Source: Nymphaea colorata (taxonomy: Eukaryota). Taken from it: 64,000 nucleotides of DNA. Of this stretch, positions 12,602-26,700 are shown one piece after another; the first letter of the stretch is position 1; each line of letters opens with the position of its first letter. The translations under genes and the position numbers were made by a program. The notes below the pieces were generated by a model that saw only the letters and a program-made list of their open reading frames with translations, made no database searches and was not told the DNA's origin. Location of the stretch: the NCBI RefSeq assembly GCF_008831285.2, contig NC_045138.2, forward strand, positions 37,014,001 through 37,078,000. Direction: 5' to 3'.

Positions 12602-14859
12602 ATGGAAGGAAGAAGCGGTTGCTCGAGTATATTGCAGAAGAGCAAGCCCTATGTTGCAATGATCTCACTTCAATTTGGCTATGCAGGCATGAACATCATC
12701 ACCAAAGTCTCCCTGAACAGGGGAATGAGCCACTACGTGCTAGTGGTATACCGCCACGCCTTCGCAACTGCTGTCATGGCTCCTTTTGCCTTCTTTGTCG
12801 AAAGGTACGCCGTTTTCCAAGAAGTGCTAAAGTTCAGGCGACCGGAAATTCGACGTTAGCTTATCGTACAACTCGCTTTGCATGTTCATGCAGGAAAGTC
12901 AGGCCAAAGATGACGCTCAGAAATTTCATGCTCATATTTGTGCTGGGCGCCCTGGGGTGAGCATCATGAGAGACTAGTTCTCATCCTTGGTTGTATGTGT
13001 GTACCATGCTAAGAAAATTTTGCAGGGATGTCTAACAGCAGTTTCTTGGGTTTTGGCAGGCCTGTTATCGATCAGAATTTCTATTATGCGGGACTAAAGT
13101 TTACTTCCCCTACCTTCTCCTGTGCCATGAGCAATATTCTTCCTGCACTTACTTTTGTCATGGCCATCCTCTGCAGGTAGAACATTGATCGACAAATATG
13201 CACTATACAATACATAGTTACGTATTTATATATGTAGTGTATGTAATAAACATACATATTTATATATATTGAAAGATAGGGAAAGTGCCATTTTAGAGTG
13301 AGAAAGTGACAGCTCCATCTAACTTTTATTGCTAGAATGGAGAAAGTACACCTGAAAAAGGTCAGGAGCCAAGCGAAAATAGTGGGGACTCTGGTGACAG
13401 TAGCAGGGGCTATGTTGATGACCTTGTATAAAGGACCTGTTGTTGAGATGGTGTGGAATAAGCATGCAGATGCTCAGACCGCAGAAGTAGCCAACGCTGC
13501 AGCAGCAGCAGCAGCCAAAGATTGGTTCAAGGGTTCAGTTTTCCTCATCATTGCATGTCTTGCTTGGGCAGCCTTCTTCATATTACAGGTAAAAAGAGCT
13601 AAAGAAACACTCTTTTTGTCTCACAGCCCACATCCACCAAATGGATAAAAACAATTTTCCATAACTATATTTCCTCTCATGTTCATAGTACCAGGTTGAG
13701 AAAAACTAGTAATGAGACAAGACGAGTTTCAGATTATTAGTCCTTTTGACAGATCGCTTGCCATGATTCTTGTTCTGAGATATGCAGCATGTGAGACAAT
13801 TGATTCATGTTATTTACTTTCTATTTCTTGTTTTTTATGGGTGGCAGGCAATAGCAATGAAGACCTACACTGCTCAGCTTTCTCTCACAACCTTGATATG
13901 CTTTATGGGAACCCTGCAGTCCATGGCAGTCACTTTTGTTGCAGAACACTCCCCATCAGTGTGGAAAATAGGTTTTGACATGAACCTCCTGGCTGCAGCC
14001 TATGCTGGAATAATTGCCTCTGGAGTGGCATATTATGTTCAAGGGCTAGTTATGGAGAAAAAGGGCCCAGTTTTTGCAACTGCCTTCAGCCCCCTTATGA
14101 TGATCATCGTTGCTATCATGGGATCTTTCATCTTGCACGAAGTCATTTATCTTGGAGGGTAATTTCATATTCTATTGTCTTCATACTCTGTTTTTACTTC
14201 ATCTGGTTAAATATGTAGCCTTTTAATCTATACAACTTGTTTCAAACAAAATCCTCGAACTCCAAATTTATTATTTCCGGTTTGGATGACGTTTAGTCTG
14301 TTACCAACACCAAATGCTTTTTAGAGTCTTCGACAGAAAAATTTACAACTCGCCAATTTCGAATAACCAAAACTCAGTCTTCTGATTCCTTGTTGTTCAA
14401 GGAGCTGCATTCTTAAAACCCTATGAACCACACCTTTTAAAGCATTTTCTTCGTATCAAATGCTATTCAGAACTCAACTCAACTCAACCCTTGGTATCAG
14501 GTGCTATTCTGCGTGTATCTATCTAAATATACTCAACTTAAACTCGGTGTTTCTCACATTTAAAATCTGTACGTGGTTTCAGTATTATCGGAGCCATATT
14601 AATCGTGGCAGGCCTGTACTCAGTCTTGTGGGGTAAATACAAAGACACCAAAGCAGCCAAACTAGCAGCAGCGAACACGCCAGCAGCATTGCCGGTTCCA
14701 GCAAAGGATACTGAAGAAATAGGGCAGATTGAAGACATCTCTATGATTGATGTGGACCTAGAGAAGGCAAATGCAGCAAAGTTGTCCTCCTTTGAGAGCT
14801 CCTTAATCCTCTCAATGCCACAGACTCCCATCAAGCCAACGCAAGCGCCGAATGCTTAG
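12602..14859 (+). CDS. WAT1-related / UMAMIT (nodulin MtN21, EamA-like) transporter, At5g07050-like clade
   Basis: Six exons with GT-AG borders in continuous frame: 12602-12804, 12894-12956, 13060-13176, 13336-13588, 13848-14158, 14583-14859 (TAG). Family motifs include KPYVAMISLQFGYAGMNII, YVLVVYRHAFAT, GPVIDQNFYYAGL, AKIVGTLVTVAGAMLMTLYKGP, KGPVFATAFSPL and GLYSVLWGK. Confidence 0.96.
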
Positions 14860-15536
14860 TTATTCGACCTCGTTCCTTTTGCTAGTACTTGGAGAATGAA
14901 AGAGAGAGAGAAAAAAAAGAAGGGTTGTCTATACTACTACCTTCCTTCCCTTAGAAGGGCCTCTTCTTCCCCCTCTGTTTTGTCTTTTTATTCAACCCCT
15001 GGGGTTCTAGTCTCTTGTACTATCCTGCCATATTCTGACTGAGAAAACTATGAAAACAACTCTTTGAATCATTTTGCATGAGCACTTGGTAAATCGAATT
15101 TTCTTTTTCTTCACACGGAATGGGTTTGGTGCACCTGCCAGTAGCTAGTCAAACGGGTTATATGCACAACCCATGTGCATAGTACATGCCCGTGGACCAA
15201 TGGTACACTTGTCATGCATCGGGACTGTGCATAGTGCACCTCGGCACACATAACCACCTTCCATTGCTAGAAAAATGGATTAGACAGAATAGTCATTGGC
15301 CAAGTGGGATGGGCGTCAACCCGTCCTTTGATGAGATAAGACTAGTGTACTAGCTAACATACATTGAGAGTTTTACTTAATCACCTACATATCCTTATAC
15401 CTTTACCTTAGGAGGATAAGGGGGACTTGGGCTCTCACACAACCGCAACCGCATGATACTCTTCCAATTTGCTTTTGCTTTGTTCGATTTCTGTTCATTC
15501 TAGTGGCGGTATCAAGTGTTTCATTGGCATCGGCGC

Positions 15537-15600
15537 TGAGCCTAGTGGTTGACCATTTCTGGTTCAATTTTAGAACACGACGCTGGATTCGAATCCTCCC
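15537..15600 (+). other. Degenerate tRNA-like / SINE-head sequence (Pol III A- and B-box-like)
   Basis: TGAGCCTAGTGGT (A-box-like, ~15537-15549) and GGATTCGAATCC (B-box-like, 15585-15596) sit at tRNA-like spacing. No intact cloverleaf. Confidence 0.3.
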
Positions 15601-18600
15601 AAGTCTCTCCTCTCCTCTGGCATCTGATTCCAAGTTCTTGCTCTTAACCCTAACTAACAAACAAGGTTAAAATGAGTGCGGAGAAAAAGAAGAATCTGAG
15701 AGAAAACCGAAGAATCCAAGCCTAACAGCAAGCAGTCACTACTAAAAGGGAACATATTCTCATGCAATAACCAACGTATCATTTTCTCACATCCGACTAT
15801 CCAAACATTATTGCTTGCTTACGTAATGTGATATTCCTTCCCTGTCCTGATCTTTTACCATCATATAAGAGCACGTTCACATGATTATCATGAGCATGTA
15901 TAACGTATTTGATAAATGCTTGTACAATAGTCTACTTTTACATAAAAACTGTTATAAAGTTGGAGAATTTCAATAAAAAATTTGAGTGCACATTGGCATT
16001 GGCCTCACTTTACTTATAATAAAGCAAATATGCACCAAATAAAAAAGGAGAGTACACATTACGGTCGAGCGGCTTTTACGTAACGTTAGGTTTTACTGTT
16101 ATTTTCCTGATAAATTATTCAACAAGAACATTAATATGCTTTTCGGATTGGTGAACAAACTGTAAAAGAGAAGATTGAGAAAGGCGTCAAGTTGAAAACT
16201 CTAAATCCAATCTGAACTCTTCTTTTTCTCAATTGTATATACCAACCTTTCAGTTTTGGCTTTAACTAAGCAAAATATCAAGATATTTTAGAATAAATCA
16301 CCAAAAAAAAAAAAATACTAGCACGTACGAGGATCGGCTCGAGAGCTTTTCTTCACACTTGTAAATGTTTTTATTGAATACAAATTTATTTTTTATTATT
16401 AAAAATGTATCTTCTTGGCATGTTGTAAAATGTTCAATTTTATTAATTATGTCACGGTTAAAGAACACCATGTTTCAGTAATTCAGCGCTGTAAGTGGAT
16501 GGATGACTCTGTTTTCCAGTGAAAGACTTCCATATTTGAAAAGTAAACCTGATCATATATATTTATGGACGACAAGTCCAGTAAAAGCGCAAAAACTCAC
16601 CAACCTTTTGGTGATTATCACAAGAAAATCACCTAAGTTTTAGTAATACTAGAAAATTTCATACTTGTCTCACTTTGACACTTTTTTATGTTTAATTCAA
16701 GCAGCTTAATGCAGAAGCTTCGAATGTGAGAGTGCACCAATCTTCTGTTCCTTCAAAAGATAAGTATGATTCTGTAAAGGCGAACACTATTACACACAGT
16801 GAAATTAATGCCCTTCTAAAGCTTTTTTTTTTTAGTTTAAAAAGACAATAAGTAAATGAAACTCTTCTCATATGACAGCTCTTTCTAAGTTGCTTGTCTG
16901 ATATTTGTCAAAAGCAGAGTAAGTTATTTGAAGATCAAGTTCATTGTTTTGCATTAGAACTAGAACCTTCGGAAGCAGGTTCAATAAACGAGACTTCCCT
17001 GTGCTACACGTCCCTCTTGATGGTTTTTCTATTGATTGGAAAGCGCTAGCCCAACTCTGACGGCCACTTTCTATAAAAAAAACTCAACAACAATGTGGCG
17101 TCCAAGAAAAAAAGGGAAAGCAAACGCCGTTAAACTCCAAATAGATAAAAGGTATAGTGCTTAAATGGTATCTTATCAATAAAACGTTGATTCCTCCAAA
17201 TATTATTTTTTAGGGCATTTAGATTGTGATGGTGGAGTGTTTTATCTTTATGTGACTTTGGTGGTTGAGGCATTTCAAGTAGTAATTCGAGCATTGTACA
17301 TTCCCAGGTAGCGTGAGTAGAATCCCAATGAAAGGCTGCTAGAAGATAGGTTCCCTATCATTTATTAAACCAAAATGACATCTACATCAAAAAATTATAT
17401 ACAGGAAAACCTGGCCCACAGGACCGGGTTGTTCTCACCTATCATCGAAGGCCATGGCTGCTGTTAAAACCCATACCACCAAGCCATAAAAGAGCAAAAC
17501 AAAAACAACACGGTAGATTGACCACCATCATATCTACCGTCCTCCTCTACGAAACTCGCCAACCTCAAAGGGTCGAGAACTGCTGAAGGATTATTATAAG
17601 ATGGCTCTTATACCACTCCCTCTAATCTGGGTAGCGCAGGTAGAATGCCTTAATGGCTCTCAATGAGCTACCATGTATTCCTAAATTTAGATGCATGCAT
17701 GGATCAGATACATCTAATTATCGGTCAGCTTTTAGACCCATTTAATCGAATCTGGTAAAGAAATTTGGATCTTGCTACAGATCTGACTCGATTGCATATG
17801 AATGTCCCTTCATATGCTTGCCAGTTCCAAATTCAGTTTTTTTCAAAAAAAAAACCAAAAAAAAAAAAAACGAATCAGATTACATAGAATCTGATTAAGT
17901 CAAATTTGGCAAAAGCTGGAACCAACCCATATCCAAAATGTTTACATCCCTGCCTAGATAAACACAGAAAGCCATGTGATGAACATTCTCGCCATAATCT
18001 AAGTGGGACCGTACTTCGAGAAGGAAACAGACAGAGTAGCGTTCCGAATCAAAACTACTCTAAAGCATACCTGTAAATCAACTTTGGCTACTCATGCCAT
18101 GGAGCGAAAGAATACCTTCTCTTTTTTATTATTTCCCCAATGAAGCATGATCCTTTTTCATTTGCCTATGGTTTTATAAGAGAGAGAGAGAGAGAGAGAG
18201 CAGGAATGCAAATCCAGGTGCGAGTTGTTGCTTTAGTGTGCTTGGTCATATGCATGATTTCACAATGCAATTGGGCTCCCCTCACCAGACTTGTTTCCTT
18301 TATTGTATTGCTAATCCAGCACACTACGCCACCAACGTCATAAGTAGAAGCTCACATATTTGCTACGGTGCATGTAACAAAATAAAATTGAGTTCAAGCA
18401 CCTGATACCGTTGATTTGCTCAATGATATGAAGCTGACATTAAGGCATAAAGATTCAAGGACTTATATAAAGTCCTGTTATAAAATACATGGAATCTCAG
18501 TGTCAAACCGCCGTGTCGAGCAAAGCAGAGAATATTTAATCCAAAAGTTCTACATTCAAGGTGGAAAGCTGCTTGATTTGCTTGTTCCACACATGGAATC

Positions 18601-18741
18601 TTGAGTGCTTAATTTTTTAAGTTAAAAACACAAAGACTGCTCAGATGAGGGCCTTTTAATATATATATACATATATTATATAAGGGATTACTGTTGATTA
18701 TGGGGCATAAATGTTTACTGACATTTTCGATATGAATAATT

Positions 18742-18744
<3 letters not shown>

Positions 18745-18786
<42 letters not shown>
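18745..18786. repeat. (AT)21 microsatellite
   Basis: Read directly from the sequence. Confidence 0.95.
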
Positions 18787-18789
<3 letters not shown>

Positions 18790-19794
18790 CTTTAGGATAT
18801 AGGACAAAAAAAGTGCGATTTTAATTGTCTCCTAGCTTGAGCACATAGAATTAAAGATGTGAGGAATCGAGGTAGGCTTGTCATGTCAAGTTTTTATGCT
18901 CTCCATATGGATTTCCATGTAGATAAACGAATTTTAAACTTGATTAAATTATCGAAGCATCACTGAATTCATCTCCCCGGGTCCCATGTCGATATTATTT
19001 ATGTTTCAGCCCATAATTTGTGCCTGATTAGTGGATATCACACCCACTACTTAAAAGAGAGTGTTCCAACTGTGTGCTCTTTACTCTCGTCATTATCTTT
19101 TGACAATGGGCTTGGGCGCCAATTATAATGACCTTACTGGAGTCACAGGAAATGAGGCGGATGTGTGCCATCTCGATCGACCGGCCTTCTAGATCGGGAA
19201 TATACTCTTGCTTTACAAGATATGATTTCAAATAAGAGAGATATGATCGGATTCCTAAGGTACGTTGGTTTGGACAATTTCGATTAGATCATCATCATGT
19301 TTATCAAGAAAGAACAAGTACTATTGTGTGTGATATCAGAAAAGGACCCTAGCTTCTATTGTGTGTGAAATCACATTCATAAGTTTTGTGTTTGTTTTAA
19401 ATTGTAGAACCGCAGTGCCTTCTAATCGAAAGAGCATAGTCACTCCAGGATCCATCAGCATACCTTTGGGCAACACTGCACCCCACAGAAGAGTGGGGAC
19501 ACTGCAAACACAGGGACTGCCTCTCCATAAGCGTTCCCATTCCAGGGACGGGAACTCCAAACATTCCAACTTGCCCCATTATGCATTTTTAGCTAGCATG
19601 CAAATAAAAACAAACAATATATTACTTGTGATGTATGTGCATCAGTATAGTTTCTACTAGCTGGTCGTCATTTTCAGCTTGTATCGTTTCTGCTTGCTCA
19701 TGATGTCCACCACCCGCAGTTACCCAAGGGCCATCGTGACGTTTAGACGCTGGTGGAAATGATATTTCTCAATGGACCCTCGAATACCAGATAC

Positions 19795-19796
<2 letters not shown>

Positions 19797-19872
<76 letters not shown>

Positions 19873-19932
19873 AGAGAGAGAGAGAGACAGAGAGAGACAG
19901 AGAGACAGAGAGACAGAGACAGAGACAGAGAG
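19797..19932. repeat. Compound microsatellite: (AT)36 followed by (GA)n/(GAGACA)n
   Basis: Read directly from the sequence. It explains the YIYIYI and ERERE ORFs here. Confidence 0.95.
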
Positions 19933-20559
19933 ATGAAACACATTTTGTAAAGGGGAGGATTGATCATTATGGTTTGTCTCAGTAGACATCATGAGCAGCA
20001 GCACCAGGGAACATGCTAAACACGTAGACTTAAAATCTGGTTAAAGAAATTTCCATTGTTTTTGGTCGGGATAAGAAATTAACTGAATGAAATATCAGTA
20101 TAAAAACACAAAACCTTTAAAAAGAAAACGCAGCTTTAAACAATAAAAGCGGAAACGAAATAGACTATATTCAGAAATAAGTTTATTCATATTTCATATG
20201 CCAACATTTTTATGCTCATAGGAAATGGGATGATAAGGGGTTCAAATATGATCAAGATGTAACAGGCAGTGCATGACCAGCCACCTTCACCTACATCAGG
20301 TTGCGAACGGAACGACTCTCCAGTTAATTATCCGAAGGGGGAAGAAACCCGCAAAAAGCAGCCACACCTTCCACTCCGACACTCATTCTTCCTGCTCGTT
20401 AACACTGTCAAAACCTATCGGTGCAGATATCGGATATACACGCCAAAAGCTAGTAGTCGCCCAGATATAACTACATACAAGGATTCGTCATGGCTATATG
20501 GAGTCCACAAGCATCAGTAGCAGATACATGTATGAAGTGCACGTCTATGATGTGTGTGC

Positions 20560-20561
<2 letters not shown>

Positions 20562-20601
<40 letters not shown>
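20562..20601. repeat. (GA)20 microsatellite, ~130 bp downstream of the MAP65 stop
   Basis: Read directly from the sequence. Probably lies in the MAP65 3' UTR as (UC)n. Confidence 0.95.
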
Positions 20602-20607
<6 letters not shown>

Positions 20608-20733
20608 CTTATTTTCTCATGCCTATGATGAAGAATGTACATGCTCTCAGAACCTGCAAGGCTAGGTAGAGGAAACCTGCCCGCCATTCGTCTCTCGATT
20701 GAGTGGGGAGCAATTATATAAATGCAGAAAAAA

Positions 20734-23700
20734 TCAAGGAGACGTGGGAGTCGATGAATTCCGAGTTAAGCTGTCGTCCTTTGGAAGAGCGACGTAGTTT
20801 ATGGGTATGCCCTCGGCACCATTTTTTGGTGTCTCCTTCTTACCGTCCTTGCTAGTTGACCCAAGTCGAGATGGGAAATGCTTATTCACCTGGGTCCCAG
20901 AGGGCGTGTTTCCAGTCGAGTTCTGGCCCGATGTCTTCTTCGTCGAACCAGTTCTTATTGGGCTTGGTCTTGATCCAAAGAGCATTTCTTGCTCGGTTGT
21001 CAACTGCTCCTGCTGTTTCTTTTGCTCCTGGGAGAGGCACACCACAGTGCATTACATTTCGTGTTAAGGAGTTAAAAGCCTATGCAATCTCCGTTTCGTG
21101 TTCGCTGCATTGCAAGCATAGCTCTGTGTGCTATCAATGGAAAGAAGAAAGGAAACGTCCGAATCTTGAAATCAGAGTAAGAAACATCATACCCTGGATT
21201 TTCGCTTCTCCTCTTCTCGTTCCAGACGGATAGCTGAAAATTCCTCGAGAGTTTGTGAGAGTGGAGCCTGAGTTTTAAACATCACACAAGAATTCCCGAG
21301 TCAAGACGTCTAGAAACATTGTCCTTAGGCTTCAGATCTACGAGAAATATGGTGTGAAAGTCTTATGCTTAATCTGAACGGTGAAACACGATGGGTGAAG
21401 TCACTGAAAGAAGAACGGTAAAAAGTTGTTGGCTAAATATGCTTTGAGTTTTTCTTTTGACGTACAACAATTGCAATTGGGATCTACTCTTCGTTATAGC
21501 CACTGATTTCAATCTTACTAGCACAGATCAAACTATTATTATAATCAGTTGCCTACATACCTTGTCATACAAAAATATCTCCCCTTTCTCCTTTTCCCAT
21601 GCATTAACTTTGGATTTGAGTGCCTCCAGCATAGCTAAATGAAGCAGAAAAAACAATGATTAAGTCAACAGTGCCCCATTAGGCTATGTAGAAGAAAGGG
21701 GGCAAGAGAATGTGTGTGCATATTTCCTCCTGCCATATCCTTGAAATTCTGATATACAAGTTTTGAAGCTTTGAATGTATACACGTCAAACCCAACAGCA
21801 AATCATTGGATCTTACAAGAAATCCTTGTTCTCAGATAGCAGTCTGGAATCCACTGCGTTGGATAATAGTTTATGAATGCAGTATTGGATCACACTCTAA
21901 TGGATAGAATAGCCCATTTTCAGAAGAGAAAGGCAGACCAAAAGTTCACAAACTTTTCGATGGGCCACTTCCAGTTGGGCGTTGGTGATTGTGAAAGGAA
22001 AGGGTAGCCTTATAAGATAGCTTGAGCCGCAAAATAACATAGAATGAGAAAAAGAGAATTGTCTATATTCAGCATAAGGTCAAGATAGACTGCCCTGAGT
22101 AGCTAAATAAAAGAACATTAAGAAAATTTGCTCACATGGCATTTTGCTGATCAAAATCCTTGCTTTCTCTGCCCGTTTGAGATTCTTATGTGCACCCCTA
22201 CCAGCACTGTATCGATTTTGATCCTGTTGAAGATTTTTACTTGTTACTTCTAGAACAAAAGGAGGAATTATAGGTCTATAACAATTGCATCATTCACAGA
22301 TACATACAACCCGTCATTAATTTTATGAATGTTATGACACCAAGAACTACAATTAACTATTAAAACACCAAAAGTAAGAAGAAAGCTGAACATGTTCATA
22401 TGCATGATGCATCACAACTACATGCTTGTACTCTTTTATGTACATTTAAGACATACACAAATAAGGGCTCAACCAACTAAAAGACTAACACATGTTCATG
22501 ATGTAAGCACAGTCATTAATAACCCTGATATACTAAAACCACAACACTGACTGCAAAAATGTATCTCAGTCACGTTTATTTCCTACATGTCAAACGGTAA
22601 TCCCTTAATTATTTCATCTCCAAACATTAGTAATGCCATAAAGGCAGATATGTAAGTAGCAACCTTTTAATTTTTCAGTAAAAGATTTTACCCTTTCATA
22701 ATCTTCAAGCCAGTTCTCCTCTTCTGACGCAAATGTCCACTTGTCTAATCTTTCTAGAATATCCTTCCTGCTCATTGCCTGCTCTTTAGCTTTTCTAATT
22801 TGATCATCCATGCCCACAAACAGCTCAGAGAGATTAACGCTTCCTAAAAATGAAAGCTGTCAAATGTATTATAACCCTTACAATCATAAAAAAAAAAATA
22901 TGAACATTTTATTAGCAAGAAAAGTTTCACGATCTCACACGAAATATAAATTTCAGTTCAACCTTTTCTCTTAAAAAATATCGATGAAAATGAACAGAAA
23001 AAACTACTGGCAATAATGAAGGAAATACTTCAAAAAAAATTAGAGAATGCAGACAATGGGAGGCAATTTTGTAGGAAGAGGAAAGTTAATGTGATCCTAA
23101 AGAACTATGGGCAATAATGAAGGAAATATTTAACAAAGAATTAACGAATAAAGACAAGGGGAGGCAATTTTGTAGGAAGAGGAAAGTTAATGTGATCCTT
23201 AAAATACACACAAAGTGTGAAACAGAATATCCGAAGAGAAATCTCATGAACCTGAATCAATTATGCTGATAAGAATCTGCCTTGCAGATTCAGTATCAAC
23301 ATCCATGTGAGCATTTTTGTAAACTTGTTCCAGCTCATCTTGCTTCTTCAAAATCAGCTCTTTCATCTTGCTAGCTTTCAGATTGTCTAACCTCTCAACT
23401 TCAACCTCCACCTAATGACAACAAACCCCATATTATGTATATCCTAATAAAAAAAATTATATCCACTTATCAAGTAAGATAGTAGCAATCAGGTAATCAA
23501 ACCACAAGAAGAAAACATTCAAAACACCTGCTCAATGGATTCAATAGCAAGGACTCCCCTGTCAACAACCTCATCAACTGAAGCAGAAATCAAGCGAGCC
23601 ACATTATCAAAACGCTTCCTTTCTTCCTTAGGAATATCCATAAGATTCCATAGCTCCACTAATGTACTTCCAAGATCTTGAAGCTTCAAAGAGAACAAAA

Positions 23701-26700
23701 CACATGAGGATAGTCAGATGTTCTAAAGCTGGAAAACGTAGACCAAAAAATTATGTGATAAATATTATGCTGCTACAAGCTCATTAAGGAAATATCGAAC
23801 AAATAATTGCCATTTGCTAAGAGGTTTATTCTCTGTGAGTACATGACACATATTCCTTTTTCTTTTTGGGATGACAAAGACAGCACAAGTACAACTTATA
23901 TGTTCATCAGAGCACATGGACACAAATGCATGTTGCTGCATCTAAATGAAGGAAAGTATTTGGAATGCCAACATGCAATGACAACCTGACAGCTACAAAC
24001 AGGAACCTTTTCTTTTGAATAACTGCCACAGTAGCAAATCACATCTACAAAGCAATAACCCAAACAATGTTGAAAAGAAAAAATGGAACTATAACTAGAG
24101 AAAAATGCAAGTCCTAAACGTGTCATTAAATACTAATGGGACAACATCTCATGCAGTCACCTGAAAAAGTTAGCATGCATAAATAACATGCAGCTAGATA
24201 CACGCTCAGGCATAGAGCCATATGGCTGTCTGTGACGATTGTTCCAAAACACATATTGAAAAGAAAATAACCCACATGGACCAAAGTTGCAACAAAAATC
24301 ATCAGAACTTGTGGTCCCTCCAATAGTTGAGAATTTGGAAATAGATGGATTAGGTTTTGTAAAAGAAGGGAGAAAAAAGGGGCCAGCAAAAACATCTCCT
24401 TCCTAGAAGAAGACTGGAAAAGAAAGGACCAATCATACCCAATCTCCAAATCATCTTTCTCCAGCCAGATTCACATGAGCTGATAATATGAATAACCTGC
24501 TTATGGAGAAACTTATAGGTAGATAAAAAATACAAGGTTTTAACCTATTCTATCTATGACATTAACTACTATGCACCGTGCAGTATAAATGAGTCTTTTA
24601 TGCTATATGTAACAAGACTAGGAAAATAATTCTGTAACAAGTGGTGAACTATTTTATTCTACAAAATGAGCAATATGAGCAAGTGGTCTCTACCACAAGA
24701 TCATATAATCGAAAGAGAGAAAAAGACTTAAGAGTTAAGAATAAATCATGAGATGACACAAATGTCAGTTGAAATAATGCAGCACTTGATTGAAAAATGA
24801 CAAGCATGTGTAACTCGTTTCAACTTTCAAGCAGCAGTAAGAATTCATTTTAACAGTGTTTCTTTAATCAAGCTTACATATGCTAATCTAAAATGTCTAA
24901 GGCAAATGAATAATGAACTGGACCTGTAAGCATCAGATGATTTGCTTCTCTGAAACTTTTGCCTTTCAACCTCTGGAACTATGGTTGCTGGTGGCATGTC
25001 CTTAACTTAGACTTAGAAGATTAATTTCCTAACATACACTTTTGGATGCTCTAGAAGAAAAAAATGAAACAAATGATAAAATCTTTTTCGAGTAGCATAT
25101 TGAGATATTGAACTACATCTAAAGCGTCCAACAACTATGATTTGGTTTATCACAGTATAAGTGGAAACAGAAAAAGGAAACAGACAATAACACCTTTTGC
25201 AATCTCTCTTGCTTCAACTGAGTTAGTGAATGTGCAGACCCAGCTAACCGGGCAAGAGTTTCATTGCTAATGCTCTTTGGTTGGCTATTTGTGGAATCTC
25301 CCAAACTAGGATGAACCTCAGTTATTATCTTTAAGAAATCCAGGGACATCACAGCTGATAGCTCATGTATGAGACGAAGATAATTGCTGAGCTTTTGCAG
25401 CCGAACATTCTGAAAAAATATCACATGAAAAAAAAAGAGGTATTCTTTAGAAAAAACCTAGTCAGCTTAAGAACTTCATCAGAATAAAAATAAAAACAAT
25501 TAATAGCAAGACAGCTACAGATCAGAAATGTTATTAGAGTAGAAGAAGCCAGATCAAAAAAATGAAGCAATAATATCTAGCTACTTAATCTATTCACTCT
25601 ATGTGTATGTGCACGCAAATGCGAGCATGAAAATCGAAATCCAGAGGCACTTAAACACAGGCTCAATTCGCACCAGAGACAGTAGTAGGAAAACTTGCAA
25701 GAAGCCCTTCCAAGGCAGGAAGCATACACATGCGTTTTTTCATTTCATACCTTATCTTTTCTAAGCTCCTCATGTTTTGCCTTTAGTTCTGCAAGCCTCT
25801 TCCAAGTCAAGTCCCTTTCATCGAATCGGGTTGATGTTGCAGATTTACTGAGTTGAACATTGCCAGATATTTCTCCACAAATGGAGATAATCTGGACTTG
25901 AACCTCAGAGAATTCCTTGGCTCTTTCTTCTTTCTTGTGCCTAAGGTCCTTGAGAAGAGGATCTATAGCTGACATTTGCTCCTTTAATGAGCCCTTTGGT
26001 TTGTCCAACTTAACAAACAGAAATAAAATCAGAACATAGAAACGTAGATGGAAAATAAAAGGATGTCCATGCTTACATTCAGTTTCCACTTAGAAATATT
26101 AATAAAACATGATACCAGAAAGCAAACTGTATTTCTGAATCCACCAGGTGCCAAGAGATAAAATAACACATTAGTGCAAAAGAGAAAAATGAAATAAGAT
26201 AAAGAAGATAACGAACATTTAGACAATGTGCAATCCAGGAGGAATAAGATAACTAACAAGCAACAAAACAGTTTCCTCCAACTTTTCAAATTTATCCAAG
26301 TAAGATGCTTCTTCATTTTCTGAATCTTAATCATATTGAAGAATGCATCTACAACCAAATTATGGTATGTGAACCAAAAGAACTAGAATCTAAAGAAGAA
26401 ACGTAATTCACAAATTATTTAAAGACGTGCCACTTTCATTGCATAAGCAAGACAAAAAGGTGCTTTCTTTCAGGATGCACGACTAGGAAGTACTGCACTG
26501 CTGTTGGATAGTATTCTAAGGGCTATCCCATAAGCGACGTCAATCCAAATCATAGAATGGCACCCACATGTTCACCAATGTTATATACACTAGATCTCTT
26601 CATTACGCTGTGTTTTGGATTAAGAAAAACATTAGTCCAGGATTAGAGCCAATCAGTTGCAAGGAATGTACCACACACCCGAGTAAATGAATGTGGATCT

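Noticed and set aside
19720..20004. ORFs with YIYIYI / SLSLS / ERER runs
   Set aside because: Translations of microsatellites.
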